Of a stretch of 63,270 nt of DNA, positions 27,731 to 36,946 are shown piece by piece. Positions within the stretch are counted from its first letter, which is position 1. Every line of letters begins with the position of its first letter. A program made the position numbers and the translations under genes. Below the pieces are notes generated by a model. The model saw only the letters and a program-made list of their open reading frames with translations, did not search any database and was not told the origin of the DNA. This DNA comes from Bacteroidaceae bacterium (GTDB lineage: Bacteria > Bacteroidota > Bacteroidia > Bacteroidales > Bacteroidaceae), in contig CAVAXH010000001.1 of assembly GCA_963592505.1 (NCBI GenBank), positions 1 to 63,270 on the forward strand, written 5' to 3'.

Positions 27731-27887
27731 GATGTATAGGCTTTTAATTAACGCAGCGGACAGAGCAGGCGCTGGGGAAAGCACCCGCAACCGCAGTGCG
27801 GCACGCCACTGCTATTCCATGCAAAGTTAAATAATATTCCTTAAAGTAAGAAATTATTTGGTATTTTTTCTTAATTTTGCCCTTGTT

Positions 27888-28958
27888 ATGAAACACCAAG
27901 ATTATGCGGGCGACGCCATCGACTTGCTGTGCGCCCTGATCAGCACCCCCAGCGTGAGCCGCGACGAGAAGGCAGCGGCCGACGTCATGCAGCAGCGCAT
28001 GACAGCCTACGGACTGGCACCACACCGCCACGGCAACAACCTATGGGTGATCGCCGACGGCTACGATGAGCAGAAGCCCACGCTGCTGCTCAATGCCCAT
28101 ATCGACACGGTGAAACCGGCCGTTTCGTGGACCCGCGACCCATTCTCTCCCACCCTCGAAGGCGACCGTCTCTATGGTCTGGGGAGCAACGACTGCGGTG
28201 GCGGACTGACCACGCTGCTGCAGGTGTTTCGCTACCTGTCGCTGCGGCCGCAACCCTACAACCTCGTCTATCTGGCATCGGCCGAGGAGGAGGTGTCGGG
28301 CAAAGACGGCATCAGCAGCGTGCTGCCCCTGTTGCCCCACATCGACGTGGCCATCGTGGGCGAGCCGACGGGCATGCAGCCCGCCGTGGCCGAGAAAGGC
28401 CTGATGGTGCTCGACCTCATAGCACACGGAAAGAGCGGGCACGCGGCACGCAACGAAGGAGTGAACGCCATCTACGAAGCACTCGACGACATGCGCTGGA
28501 TACGCGACTACCGGTTTGACCGGGTGAGCGAGTTTCTCGGTCCGGTGAAGATGACGCTGACCGTCGTGCATGCCGGCACGCAGCACAACGTGGTGCCCGA
28601 CACCTGCCAGATGCTCGTGGACGTGCGCACCAACGAGCACTACACCAACGAGGAGGTGTATGACATCATCCGCCAGAACGTGAAGAGCGAGGTCCATGCC
28701 CACTCGTTCCGCCTGCACTCGTCGCACATCGCCCCCGACCATCCGCTGGTGACGCAGTGCGTGGCCATGGGACTGAAGCCCTATGGTTCGCCCACGCTGA
28801 GCGACCAGGCGCTGATGTCCTTCCCGTCGTTCAAGCTCGGCCCGGGCGAGTCGGCCCGGAGCCACAGTGCCGATGAATTCGTGAAAATCAGCGAGATCAG
28901 GGATGCCTTCGACATCTATACCGCCCTGCTCGACGGCAGGGACATAACGCACGCATAA
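27888..28958 (+). CDS. M20 family metallohydrolase (ArgE/DapE-like)
   Basis: LNAHIDTV, GLGSND, AEEE, GEPT, GKSGHAA, SHSADE. Confidence 0.9.
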   Translation: MKHQDYAGDAIDLLCALISTPSVSRDEKAAADVMQQRMTAYGLAPHRHGNNLWVIADGYDEQKPTLLLNAHIDTVKPAVSWTRDPFSPTLEGDRLYGLGSNDCGGGLTTLLQVFRYLSLRPQPYNLVYLASAEEEVSGKDGISSVLPLLPHIDVAIVGEPTGMQPAVAEKGLMVLDLIAHGKSGHAARNEGVNAIYEALDDMRWIRDYRFDRVSEFLGPVKMTLTVVHAGTQHNVVPDTCQMLVDVRTNEHYTNEEVYDIIRQNVKSEVHAHSFRLHSSHIAPDHPLVTQCVAMGLKPYGSPTLSDQALMSFPSFKLGPGESARSHSADEFVKISEIRDAFDIYTALLDGRDITHA

Positions 28959-28983
28959 GCAGCGGCCACCGACCTGCAGAAAA

Positions 28984-29037
28984 CGAATCCACCGGATGCT
29001 TCACATGCTGAAACATCCGGTGGATTCGGTCATTTTT
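28984..29037 (+). terminator. Probable terminator
   Basis: CGAATCCACCGGATG / CATCCGGTGGATTCG perfect arms, T-run shortly after. Confidence 0.75.
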
Positions 29038-29124
29038 GGGGGATATCCTCCGATACGGCAACCTTCACCGCAGGCCTTGCCTACCCCCACAATCGGCAGA
29101 GCGGCCGGCGCCAAGAGAGAGGGA

Positions 29125-30963
29125 CTAACGGCCCAGCCAAGACTCGGGGTTGAGCTTGGTGCGCTCCTTGCGCAACTGGAACTGCAGGATATGGTCGGGG
29201 CCCAGCGTGCCGAGCGCCTGGCGTGTGCTGACCTTCTGGCCCTTGCTCACGCTGACCGACTTGAGGTTGCAGTAGACGGAGATGTAAGCACCGTGGCGCA
29301 CCATGACCACCATGTTGCCGCCGTAGCTGATGACAGCACTCACCTCGCCGTCATAGACAGCGCGTGCCTGACAGCCGGCACCTCCCATGATGTTGATGCC
29401 CTTATTGTCGAGCGTCACACCCTTCAGGCCGTCCACCTGATACTGTCCGTAGTGGCTCACGATCTTGTAACTGCCGGTGATAGGCATCGGCAGACGGCCC
29501 CGGTTGGCCTCAAAACCACTGTTCATCATGCGGTCCACCGATGAGAACTTCACCATCTCCTCGGCATCGGCCGTCGCACTGGCTATCTCGTTCTTGGCGC
29601 GGTCGGCATCGGCCTTCTGCTTGCGCTCGGCCGCCATGCGCTGCGACTCGGCCTCGCGGGCAGCCTGCTCGGCCTTCTCCTTGCGGGCAGCAGCCTCTGC
29701 CGCCATGCGCTGTGCGGCAGCCTCCTTCTCGGCGGCGGCGCGTGCGGCCGACTCGGCCTTGGCAGCCTTCTCAGCCAACTCACGGGCTGTGGCTTTCTGC
29801 TTGGCGCGTTCGGCGGCCAGCGCCTGCTCGCGTGCCCGTTCCTTGGCAGCCTCGGCAGCCTCGGCACGTGCCTTGCGGGCAGCGGCTTCGGCAGCCGCAG
29901 CCTTGCGTGCCTCCTCCTTGAGGCGCTCCTCACGTGCCTTTGCCTCGGCTATGCGCCGTGCGTTTTCCTCGGCGGCCCGCTGTGCCTCAGCCTTCTTGCG
30001 CGCCACCTCTTCGGCCCGTCGCTTGGCGGCTTCGGCAGCCGCGGCCTTACGCCGGGCCTCGGCAGCGGCGCGCTCACGCACCTTCTGCACCTCTATCTCC
30101 ACCAGTCGGTCGATCTGCGCATTGAGCACCGCATCTTTCTTGTGCTGTTCGGCTATGACGGCCTGGATGGTCTTCTGCTGTTTCTGCAGTCCCTGCACGA
30201 TCTGCTGCTGTTCGTTCTTGCTGCCTTCGAGCTTCTGCTTCTCCTGCCGTCCCTGCGAGAGGAGGGTGTTTTTCTGTCCGCGCACGGTCTCCAGCTGTGC
30301 GTTCTTGCTGGCTATCTCGTTTTGTTTGGCCTTGACGGCCTCGCCCTGTGCCCGCTGGTACTGCGCATACTCGCGCACGAAGCGCAGGCGGCGGTACATC
30401 TGTGCAAAGTTTTTGGCCGAGAAGACAAACATCAGCCGGTCCTGCACGGAGCGGTGGCGTGCCATGTAGCGCATCGACTTCACATAGCGAGCCTGCCGCT
30501 CTTCGAGCTGCAGCTGCAGGGTGGCGAGCTGCGACTTCAGTATGTCGATGTTGCCCTCGATCTGCTTGATGTCGGTCTCGATGTTGTCGATGTTCTTCTG
30601 CCGCTGGTCTATCTCGCCATTGATGGCCATGAGGGTCTTCAGGCGCTGCGCCACATCCTCCTTGTTGGCCTTGAGCGCCTTCTCCTGTTCCTTTATTTTC
30701 TTCTGTATGGCTTCGCGCTGGCTCTGCAGGCCGCGTATCGACGCATTGGAGTACTGGGCCGTCGACTGCTTGCCTTTAGCTGCCGACTGCTTGGTTTTGG
30801 TCGATGTCTTCTTGGTCTGCGTCTTTGTCTTGCTCTTGCTTGTTTGGCGGCGCTGCGCAGTGGCCGAGGCCGACGCCTTGCCGGTCTTGCTGCTTTTTCG
30901 GGTCTGCGCCCCGACGGCGAGGGTTAAGGAGAGCGTCAGTATGATGCACAATAGTCTTCTCAT
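29125..30963 (-). CDS. envC: EnvC-like murein hydrolase activator (coiled coil plus degenerate M23/LytM)
   Basis: Signal peptide, long coiled coil, GRLPMP, NKGINI/ISVYCNL/LQFQLR lacking the Zn-ligand histidines. Confidence 0.85.
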   Translation of the reverse strand: MRRLLCIILTLSLTLAVGAQTRKSSKTGKASASATAQRRQTSKSKTKTQTKKTSTKTKQSAAKGKQSTAQYSNASIRGLQSQREAIQKKIKEQEKALKANKEDVAQRLKTLMAINGEIDQRQKNIDNIETDIKQIEGNIDILKSQLATLQLQLEERQARYVKSMRYMARHRSVQDRLMFVFSAKNFAQMYRRLRFVREYAQYQRAQGEAVKAKQNEIASKNAQLETVRGQKNTLLSQGRQEKQKLEGSKNEQQQIVQGLQKQQKTIQAVIAEQHKKDAVLNAQIDRLVEIEVQKVRERAAAEARRKAAAAEAAKRRAEEVARKKAEAQRAAEENARRIAEAKAREERLKEEARKAAAAEAAARKARAEAAEAAKERAREQALAAERAKQKATARELAEKAAKAESAARAAAEKEAAAQRMAAEAAARKEKAEQAAREAESQRMAAERKQKADADRAKNEIASATADAEEMVKFSSVDRMMNSGFEANRGRLPMPITGSYKIVSHYGQYQVDGLKGVTLDNKGINIMGGAGCQARAVYDGEVSAVISYGGNMVVMVRHGAYISVYCNLKSVSVSKGQKVSTRQALGTLGPDHILQFQLRKERTKLNPESWLGR

Positions 30964-31059
30964 TGTTCTATTTTCGATCGGCAACAGTTGGTATGGGTTT
31001 TATGGCGTGCGGGGATGCGCCACGCCGGGGTTATCATTCATGAAGGAGCGGGCAGCGTG

Positions 31060-31947
31060 TTACATCTGCATCAGCATGCTGAAGATGTCGCTGGCGTCTA
31101 CCTTTTTATATTTGTCCGACACCGTGGTGGTAGCCTCCCAGTCGGCGGTGGTCTTCACCTCGTCGAGCTCCAGCTTCAGCGTGGCCTTGCGCGCCTGCTT
31201 GGTGGCGTTGGTGGTGAAGGAGAACTGCTGGGTGGCGGGGAACGACTTGGAGCCGACGGCCTTGAAGTCGGCATAGTTCCATGTCAGCGCCGACTGTGCG
31301 CCGGTGCCCTGCCCGTAGGCCACCACGGCCTGTGCGATGAGCGCGCTGGTGCGGTTGGCCTGCCAGGTGAAGGTCAGCTTGCCTGCGGTCAGCGTGACGG
31401 GCACATTTTGCCCCGTTCCATCGAGGTTCACGGCAAACTTGCTGAGGTCGCCCTCTCCCACCCGGCTGGTTCCGGGCAGCATGAGCTGGTTCCAGAAGAG
31501 CGCCTGCAGCGAGTAGAAGCTCAGACCGTTGTTGCGGAGGAAGTCGAGCTGGTTGTAGTCGCCCTTGACATACTGCTTGTGTATGCGGTCGACGACAAGC
31601 ACATAGTCGGGTGTGAACTCGATGCGCCCCACCTCGGTGCCGAGGATGGGCACGAAGACCTGCAGCCTGATCACCTTGTCGGCGCGCATGTGGAGCGAGC
31701 CGGGCAACGTGACGTTCTTGCCGTCGAGCGAGGCCGTGAGCGAGAGGCTGCCTACGATGTTCTTGGCATACACCTTCTGGTCGTTGACCTTCTGCACGAA
31801 GGCCAGTTGCCTGTTGTCGGCCTGTTTGTCGGCCGTCTTTGTGACGGTCGTGGCCGCGGAGTCTTTCACGGCTGCCTTCTTGGCGCCACACGAGGCCAGT
31901 GCCAGCGGTGCACAGAGCACACAGATCTTGAGCAGTGATATCTTCAT
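31060..31947 (-). CDS. DUF4292-like lipoprotein
   Basis: Lipobox LASC, GTEVGR...TPD, SLQALFWN; position in the dut-TPR-DUF4292-envC arrangement. Confidence 0.75.
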   Translation of the reverse strand: MKISLLKICVLCAPLALASCGAKKAAVKDSAATTVTKTADKQADNRQLAFVQKVNDQKVYAKNIVGSLSLTASLDGKNVTLPGSLHMRADKVIRLQVFVPILGTEVGRIEFTPDYVLVVDRIHKQYVKGDYNQLDFLRNNGLSFYSLQALFWNQLMLPGTSRVGEGDLSKFAVNLDGTGQNVPVTLTAGKLTFTWQANRTSALIAQAVVAYGQGTGAQSALTWNYADFKAVGSKSFPATQQFSFTTNATKQARKATLKLELDEVKTTADWEATTTVSDKYKKVDASDIFSMLMQM

Positions 31948-33710
31948 TTTTCTTTTCTGTATAGGTTCATTTTCTTTGTCAAGGCCTCCTTGTCGCCTCC
32001 TGCGTCGATGGCCTGCTGCAGGAAGTCGAGTGCCTTAGCTTTCTCGCCCACCTCTATATAGATGTCGGCGGCATGTTCCAGTATGACGTAGCTTGCCGTG
32101 TCGATGTTGCTGATGGTGGCGTCGATATAGATCTTTGCCTCGGCATAGCGTTCCTGCCGGTAGAGTATCCAGGCGTAGGTGTCGAGATAGGTGGCATTGC
32201 CCGACTCGGCCTTCACCGCCTTCATGCTCATCTCGGCTGCCTTTTTCAGGTCGCCGCCGTCGTTGCTGAGGAAGTAGGCATAGTTGTTGAGCACCATGGC
32301 ATGGTCGGGTTTCCACTGCAGGCAGCTGTCGTAGGCAGCATAGGCCTTGTCGGTGTCGCCCTGTGTGTGGTAGATGTCGCCCATGATGGCATAGAAGTCG
32401 CTCACGATGTCGGGGTTGCTCTTGTCGTTGATGACGGCCGTACCGCGCTGGAAGGCGTCGAGCGCCCCGCTGTCGTCCTGCTGATAGTAGCGGGCCAGCC
32501 CGGTGAAGTAATAAAAGGCCATTTCATCGGGATTATAGAGCATGCCCGGCTCGGCGAGTGCCGCCACGGCCTGCCAGTCTTGCGAGCTCCATTTGTCTTG
32601 TATGAGCTGGAAGCGTGCCTGCGCATTGTCGGGCGACAGGTCGAGCAGCTGCACCAGTGCGGTGTCGATGGTGGCGGTGGGCAGCTTCTTCAGCTGGAGA
32701 TAGGCCACGCGCATCTGCGCCACGGTGACATCCTTGGGCACCACGCGCTGCATGCTGTCGAGCAGGGTGATGATGGCGGTGGAGTCGCCGCCCTGCTGTT
32801 CGTTTTCCTGTATGGCCTGCTTCAGAAACTGCACACGGCTCTCTGCCGGTGTGTTGTGGCCGAGCAGTATGCGGTCCATCATCTGCCGGGCCAGCGAGTC
32901 GTTGCCCGACGCCCGGTAGTAGTCGTACATGGAGCTCTGCGCATAGGTGTTGTCGGGTTCGGCCTTGAGCGTCTGTGCAAACAGCCGGTAGGCATCCTTC
33001 TGCCGTTTGTGCTGCATGAGCCAGTTGCCGAGCATCACGGTGAACGTCTTGTCGTTGGGGTGGCTGTCGGCCAGCCGCTTCAGCGTGTTGTAGGCGTTCT
33101 TGCTGTCGCCCATCATCTCATAGACATTCATCTTGGCCATCTCAAACTGGTCGTCGACGCCTTCGAGCTCCTCCATCTTGTTGATGGCCTCGAGCATCTT
33201 GGGATAGTCTTTCTGCTGCTGATAGAGCTGCACGAGCACGTTGAGCACATCGCTGCGCCCGCTGTTGTTGGCAAAGAGGCGCTGGTAGGCTTCGGTGGCC
33301 TTGCCGTAGTTGCCCATGCCGATATAGAACTGTGCCACCTTCTCCTGATAGGCCGAGTTGCCGGGGCGCAGCGCGGCTGCCTTCTCCAGGTAGGCCAGTG
33401 CCAGCGAGTCCTGGCGGAGGCTCGACAGATAGCGTGCACGGAGATAGTAGGCCTCGGCCGCCGTGGAGTCGATGTCCAGGCAGTGGCCCAGCAGGTCGTA
33501 GGCGGCTGCATAGTGGCCGGCCTCGTGCTGGCGTGCGGCTTCGAGGAAGAAGTAGTTGTAGCGGCGGCTGTCGTTGTAGCTCAGCGTGTCGGTCCTGACG
33601 GCCGACGGCTTCCTGACCTGCTTTTTGCGGCCGGCGGCCCACGCCGTCTGTCCTCCCGCCATCAGCATGGCGAGAACCAGCACCAGGGCATGTCTGACAT
33701 TCTTAACCAT
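31944..33710 (-). CDS. Exported tetratricopeptide repeat protein
   Basis: Signal peptide, many TPR units, LNNYAYFL...YLDTYAWILY; start uncertain (33710 or 33722). Confidence 0.9.
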   Translation of the reverse strand: MVKNVRHALVLVLAMLMAGGQTAWAAGRKKQVRKPSAVRTDTLSYNDSRRYNYFFLEAARQHEAGHYAAAYDLLGHCLDIDSTAAEAYYLRARYLSSLRQDSLALAYLEKAAALRPGNSAYQEKVAQFYIGMGNYGKATEAYQRLFANNSGRSDVLNVLVQLYQQQKDYPKMLEAINKMEELEGVDDQFEMAKMNVYEMMGDSKNAYNTLKRLADSHPNDKTFTVMLGNWLMQHKRQKDAYRLFAQTLKAEPDNTYAQSSMYDYYRASGNDSLARQMMDRILLGHNTPAESRVQFLKQAIQENEQQGGDSTAIITLLDSMQRVVPKDVTVAQMRVAYLQLKKLPTATIDTALVQLLDLSPDNAQARFQLIQDKWSSQDWQAVAALAEPGMLYNPDEMAFYYFTGLARYYQQDDSGALDAFQRGTAVINDKSNPDIVSDFYAIMGDIYHTQGDTDKAYAAYDSCLQWKPDHAMVLNNYAYFLSNDGGDLKKAAEMSMKAVKAESGNATYLDTYAWILYRQERYAEAKIYIDATISNIDTASYVILEHAADIYIEVGEKAKALDFLQQAIDAGGDKEALTKKMNLYRKEK

Positions 33711-33760
33711 CACAGTGTGCATGAGCGAAAATGGTTGTTGGGATTGGTTTGGCTCGGTGC

Positions 33761-34198
33761 TTACTCCACACCGGTGTGCCCGTATCCGCCCTCGCCGCGC
33801 TCGGTGGCATCGAGGGTATCGGTGGTTTCAAACTGCACCTGCTCGTAGCGGGCCACCACCATCTGCGCAATGCGCTCACCGTCGTTGACCACGAAGTCTT
33901 CATCCGAGAAGTTGATGAGCAGCACCTTCACCTCGCCGCGGTAGTCGGCATCGATGGTTCCGGGAGAGTTGAGCACGGTGATGCCATGCTTCAGGGCGAG
34001 GCCGCTGCGCGGCCGCACCTGCGCCTCACAGTCGGCGGGCAGGGCTATGTGGAGCCCCGTGGGCACGAGGGCCCGCTCCATGGGGTGAAGCACGATGGGT
34101 TGGTCGAGGTTGGCGCGCAGGTCGAGGCCGGCGCTCTGGCTGGTGGCATAGGCCGGCAACGGCTGGTGCCCCTTGTTGACTACTTTGATTTTCAGCAT
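33761..34198 (-). CDS. dut: dUTP diphosphatase
   Basis: [37 protein letters not shown]. Confidence 0.98.
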   Translation of the reverse strand: MLKIKVVNKGHQPLPAYATSQSAGLDLRANLDQPIVLHPMERALVPTGLHIALPADCEAQVRPRSGLALKHGITVLNSPGTIDADYRGEVKVLLINFSDEDFVVNDGERIAQMVVARYEQVQFETTDTLDATERGEGGYGHTGVE

Positions 34199-34330
34199 AG
34201 TATCTGCAAAATTAGTAAATTCTGCCCACTTACATGCTTTTTAATTATTAAAAAGGCGAAAAATGGAGAAATATGACGTAACTTTGCCCAAACAACCCGC
34301 ACGCGCGGCGCAGCCCGCGGCGCGACAACC

Positions 34331-35683
34331 ATGCAAGACACATCTATGGACTGGACCCGACTCATCTCCAACAAGCGTTTTGGCCAAGAGGAGCGCCATG
34401 CGCTGCGCCACGACGACCGTTCCGAATTCAAGCGCGACGGCGACCGCCTGATCTACTCGGCACCGTTCCGCCGACTGCAAAACAAGACCCAGGTGTTCCC
34501 GCTGCCGGGCAGCATCTTCGTGCACAACCGGCTGACCCACTCGCTGGAGGTGTCGTCGCTGGGCAAGTCGCTGGGCGACGATGTGGCACGCCAGCTGACC
34601 GCCCGGCACCCTGAGCTGAGGGGCACGCTCTTCGAGGAGATCGGCACCATCGTGCAGACGGCCGGCCTGGCCCACGACATGGGCAACCCGCCCTTTGGCC
34701 ATTCGGGCGAGAAGGCCATACAGACCTACTTCACCGAAGGACCCGGCCAGGCACTGCGCCAAGCGGTGAGCGACGACTTCTGGCAGGACATCACCCACTT
34801 TGAGGGCAACGCCAACGCCTTCCGCCTGCTGGCCCACCAGTTTGTGGGGCGGCGGGCAGGCGGCTACGTGATGACCTACTCGTCGCTGGCATCCATCGTG
34901 AAGTATCCCTTCTCGAGCCAGCATGCCGGGGCGCACGGCAAGTTCGGATTCTTTACCTCAGAGGCAGAGAGCTACCGCCGTATTGCCGATGAATTGGGCA
35001 TTATTTGCTTCTCGGCGCCGGGTGAGCCGCTGCGCTACGCACGTCACCCGCTGGTCTACCTGATGGAGGCGGCCGACGACATCTGCTATGAGATCATGGA
35101 CATCGAGGACTCGCACAAACTGAAGATCCTGTCGTTCGAAGAGACGCGCGACCTGCTGCTGGGGTTCTTCACCGACGAGGCGCGCCGGCACATCAGCGAG
35201 CGCCTCAGCGAGGAGGGCGTCACCGACCGCAACGAACAGGTGGTCTACATGCGGGCGTGTGTGGTGGGCGCTCTGGAGCATGCCTGTGTGGACACCTTCG
35301 TGGAGCACGAGGACGACATCCTGCAGGGCACCTTCGAGGGGAGCCTCATCGACAACATCGACACGCCGCTGCGCGATGCCTACCGCCGCTGCACCGAGGT
35401 GTCGCAGCAGAAGATCTACCGCAGCAAACCGGTGCTCGACATCGAACTGAGCGGTTACAAGATCATGGAGACGCTCATGGAGACGCTGATCTCTGCAGCC
35501 GTGAAACCCGAGAAGTTCCACTCGCAGCAACTCATCAGCCGCTTCAGCAGCCAGTATGACATTGGCAGCGACAGCCTGGAGACGCGCATCATGGCCGTGC
35601 TCGACTACATCAGCGGCATGACCGACGTCTATGCCCTCGACATCTACCAGAAGATCGAGGGTATAGCCTTGCCTATCGTATAG
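34331..35683 (+). CDS. dgt: dGTP triphosphohydrolase (HD family)
   Basis: FRRLQNKTQVF, HNRLTHSLEV, AHDMGNPPFGHSGE, FEGNA, EAADDICY, DYISGMTD; alternative start at 34346. Confidence 0.95.
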   Translation: MQDTSMDWTRLISNKRFGQEERHALRHDDRSEFKRDGDRLIYSAPFRRLQNKTQVFPLPGSIFVHNRLTHSLEVSSLGKSLGDDVARQLTARHPELRGTLFEEIGTIVQTAGLAHDMGNPPFGHSGEKAIQTYFTEGPGQALRQAVSDDFWQDITHFEGNANAFRLLAHQFVGRRAGGYVMTYSSLASIVKYPFSSQHAGAHGKFGFFTSEAESYRRIADELGIICFSAPGEPLRYARHPLVYLMEAADDICYEIMDIEDSHKLKILSFEETRDLLLGFFTDEARRHISERLSEEGVTDRNEQVVYMRACVVGALEHACVDTFVEHEDDILQGTFEGSLIDNIDTPLRDAYRRCTEVSQQKIYRSKPVLDIELSGYKIMETLMETLISAAVKPEKFHSQQLISRFSSQYDIGSDSLETRIMAVLDYISGMTDVYALDIYQKIEGIALPIV

Positions 35684-35718
35684 ACAGTCATCATCAACAA
35701 AAACACCCCATAACAACG

Positions 35719-36375
35719 ATGAAACGGCGCATTTTCTTCAATCACAAGGAGGAGCTATGGAACTCGTGGAGCCATGCCGGCGGCATAGCCATCGGCGTGG
35801 TCTTCGGCACGATCTTCCTCGTGTGGTGCTTCCGCGTGGGCAACGGATGGGCCACGGCTGGCGTCATACTCTACCTGCTGGGCATGCTCTGCTCCTACAT
35901 TGCTTCGACCGTGTATCATGCACTGAGCGGCTGGTCGGCCTGGAAGGAGCGGCTGCGCAAGTGGGACCACGCCGCCATCTACTGGCACATCGCCGGCTCC
36001 TACTCGCCCATCACGCTGATCTGCCTGCGCGACCAGGGCTACTGGGGCTGGACGATGTTCTCGTTTATCTGGGCGGCGGCAGTGGCCGGCACCATCGTCA
36101 GTTTTCGCGGACTGAAGGGGCACAGCAACCTGGAGACGGTGTGCTTCGTGGTGATGGGCCTGAGCGTGCTCATAGCGCTCAAGCCGCTCACCGACTCGCT
36201 GCCGGCGGCCTCGTTCTGCTGGATCATCGGCGAGGGCGTGAGCTACATCACGGGCGCCGTGTTCTACAGTCTGAACCGCCGGCGGTTCATGCACACGGTG
36301 TTCCACTTCTTTGTGCTCCTCGGCTCACTGTGCCACATCATTGCCGTGTGGGACATACTGATGAAGTATCTCTAG
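35719..36375 (+). CDS. Hemolysin III / PAQR family membrane protein
   Basis: EELWNSWSH, STVYH, DHAAIY..IAGSYSP, HTVFHFFVLLGS..H. Confidence 0.93.
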   Translation: MKRRIFFNHKEELWNSWSHAGGIAIGVVFGTIFLVWCFRVGNGWATAGVILYLLGMLCSYIASTVYHALSGWSAWKERLRKWDHAAIYWHIAGSYSPITLICLRDQGYWGWTMFSFIWAAAVAGTIVSFRGLKGHSNLETVCFVVMGLSVLIALKPLTDSLPAASFCWIIGEGVSYITGAVFYSLNRRRFMHTVFHFFVLLGSLCHIIAVWDILMKYL

Positions 36376-36592
36376 GCGGACGCCAGGATGTACATACGTC
36401 ATGAAACGATTGGCGAAAGAGATGGCAAAATACTGCAAGAGAGATTTCTGGAGCACATAGCAGTGCTTAGCCTGCATAATTCATGGCAACTATATACTTT
36501 CAGCCCGCGCCTGACAATGTATCCATATTAAAGACATTAAAAACTAACTTTCCCCTCACAGCATCATCACGCGGCGGCCTCCTATGCGGAGG

Positions 36593-36753
36593 ATTCGAGT
36601 CCTTTGCCCCTTGTACTCGAGTCCTTAGGGCCTTGTACTCGAGTCCTTAGGGCCTAAGGACTGCAGTGTTAGGGCCTGAGGACTGCAGTGTTAAGGCCTA
36701 AGGACTGCAGTGTTAGAACCGAAAGACTGCAGTGTTTGCACCGAAGGTCGCGA
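36593..36753. repeat. 22-bp-period palindromic tandem array in a mirror arrangement
   Basis: A(C/T)TCGAGT at 36593, 36615, 36637; ACTGCAGT at 36660, 36682, 36704, 36726; central palindrome AGTCCTTAGG-G-CCTAAGGACT at 36642-36662. Confidence 0.92.
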
Positions 36754-36858
36754 GCATCTTGCTTTTGCCCCGGCACGAGCGCCAAACGATGGAGGAAAAG
36801 CCCCGCCGCAACGGCCGCAGCAAGCCCATAATTCTCGTTTTTCCAAGCGGCCATGATG

Positions 36859-36915
36859 CACAAATGCCTTGCGCCACTGCGATCTCATCGGTCACAGTGG
36901 CGCAAGGCATTTGTG
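36859..36915. terminator. Long perfect inverted repeat downstream of the glsB-like gene (terminator or REP-like)
   Basis: 21-bp perfect arms CACAAATGCCTTGCGCCACTG / CAGTGGCGCAAGGCATTTGTG; no clear U-tract. Confidence 0.6.
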
Positions 36916-36946
36916 GTATGACGGCAGTCCTTACTCCGGCTTTGCC

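Noticed and set aside
34331..35683. dGTPase as an anti-phage defence system
   Set aside because: Housekeeping context (divergent from dut), host-like composition and no neighbouring defence genes
36401..36460. 19-codon ORF MKRLAKEMAKYCKRDFWST after hlyIII
   Set aside because: Too short, with no supporting motif; cannot be told apart from chance
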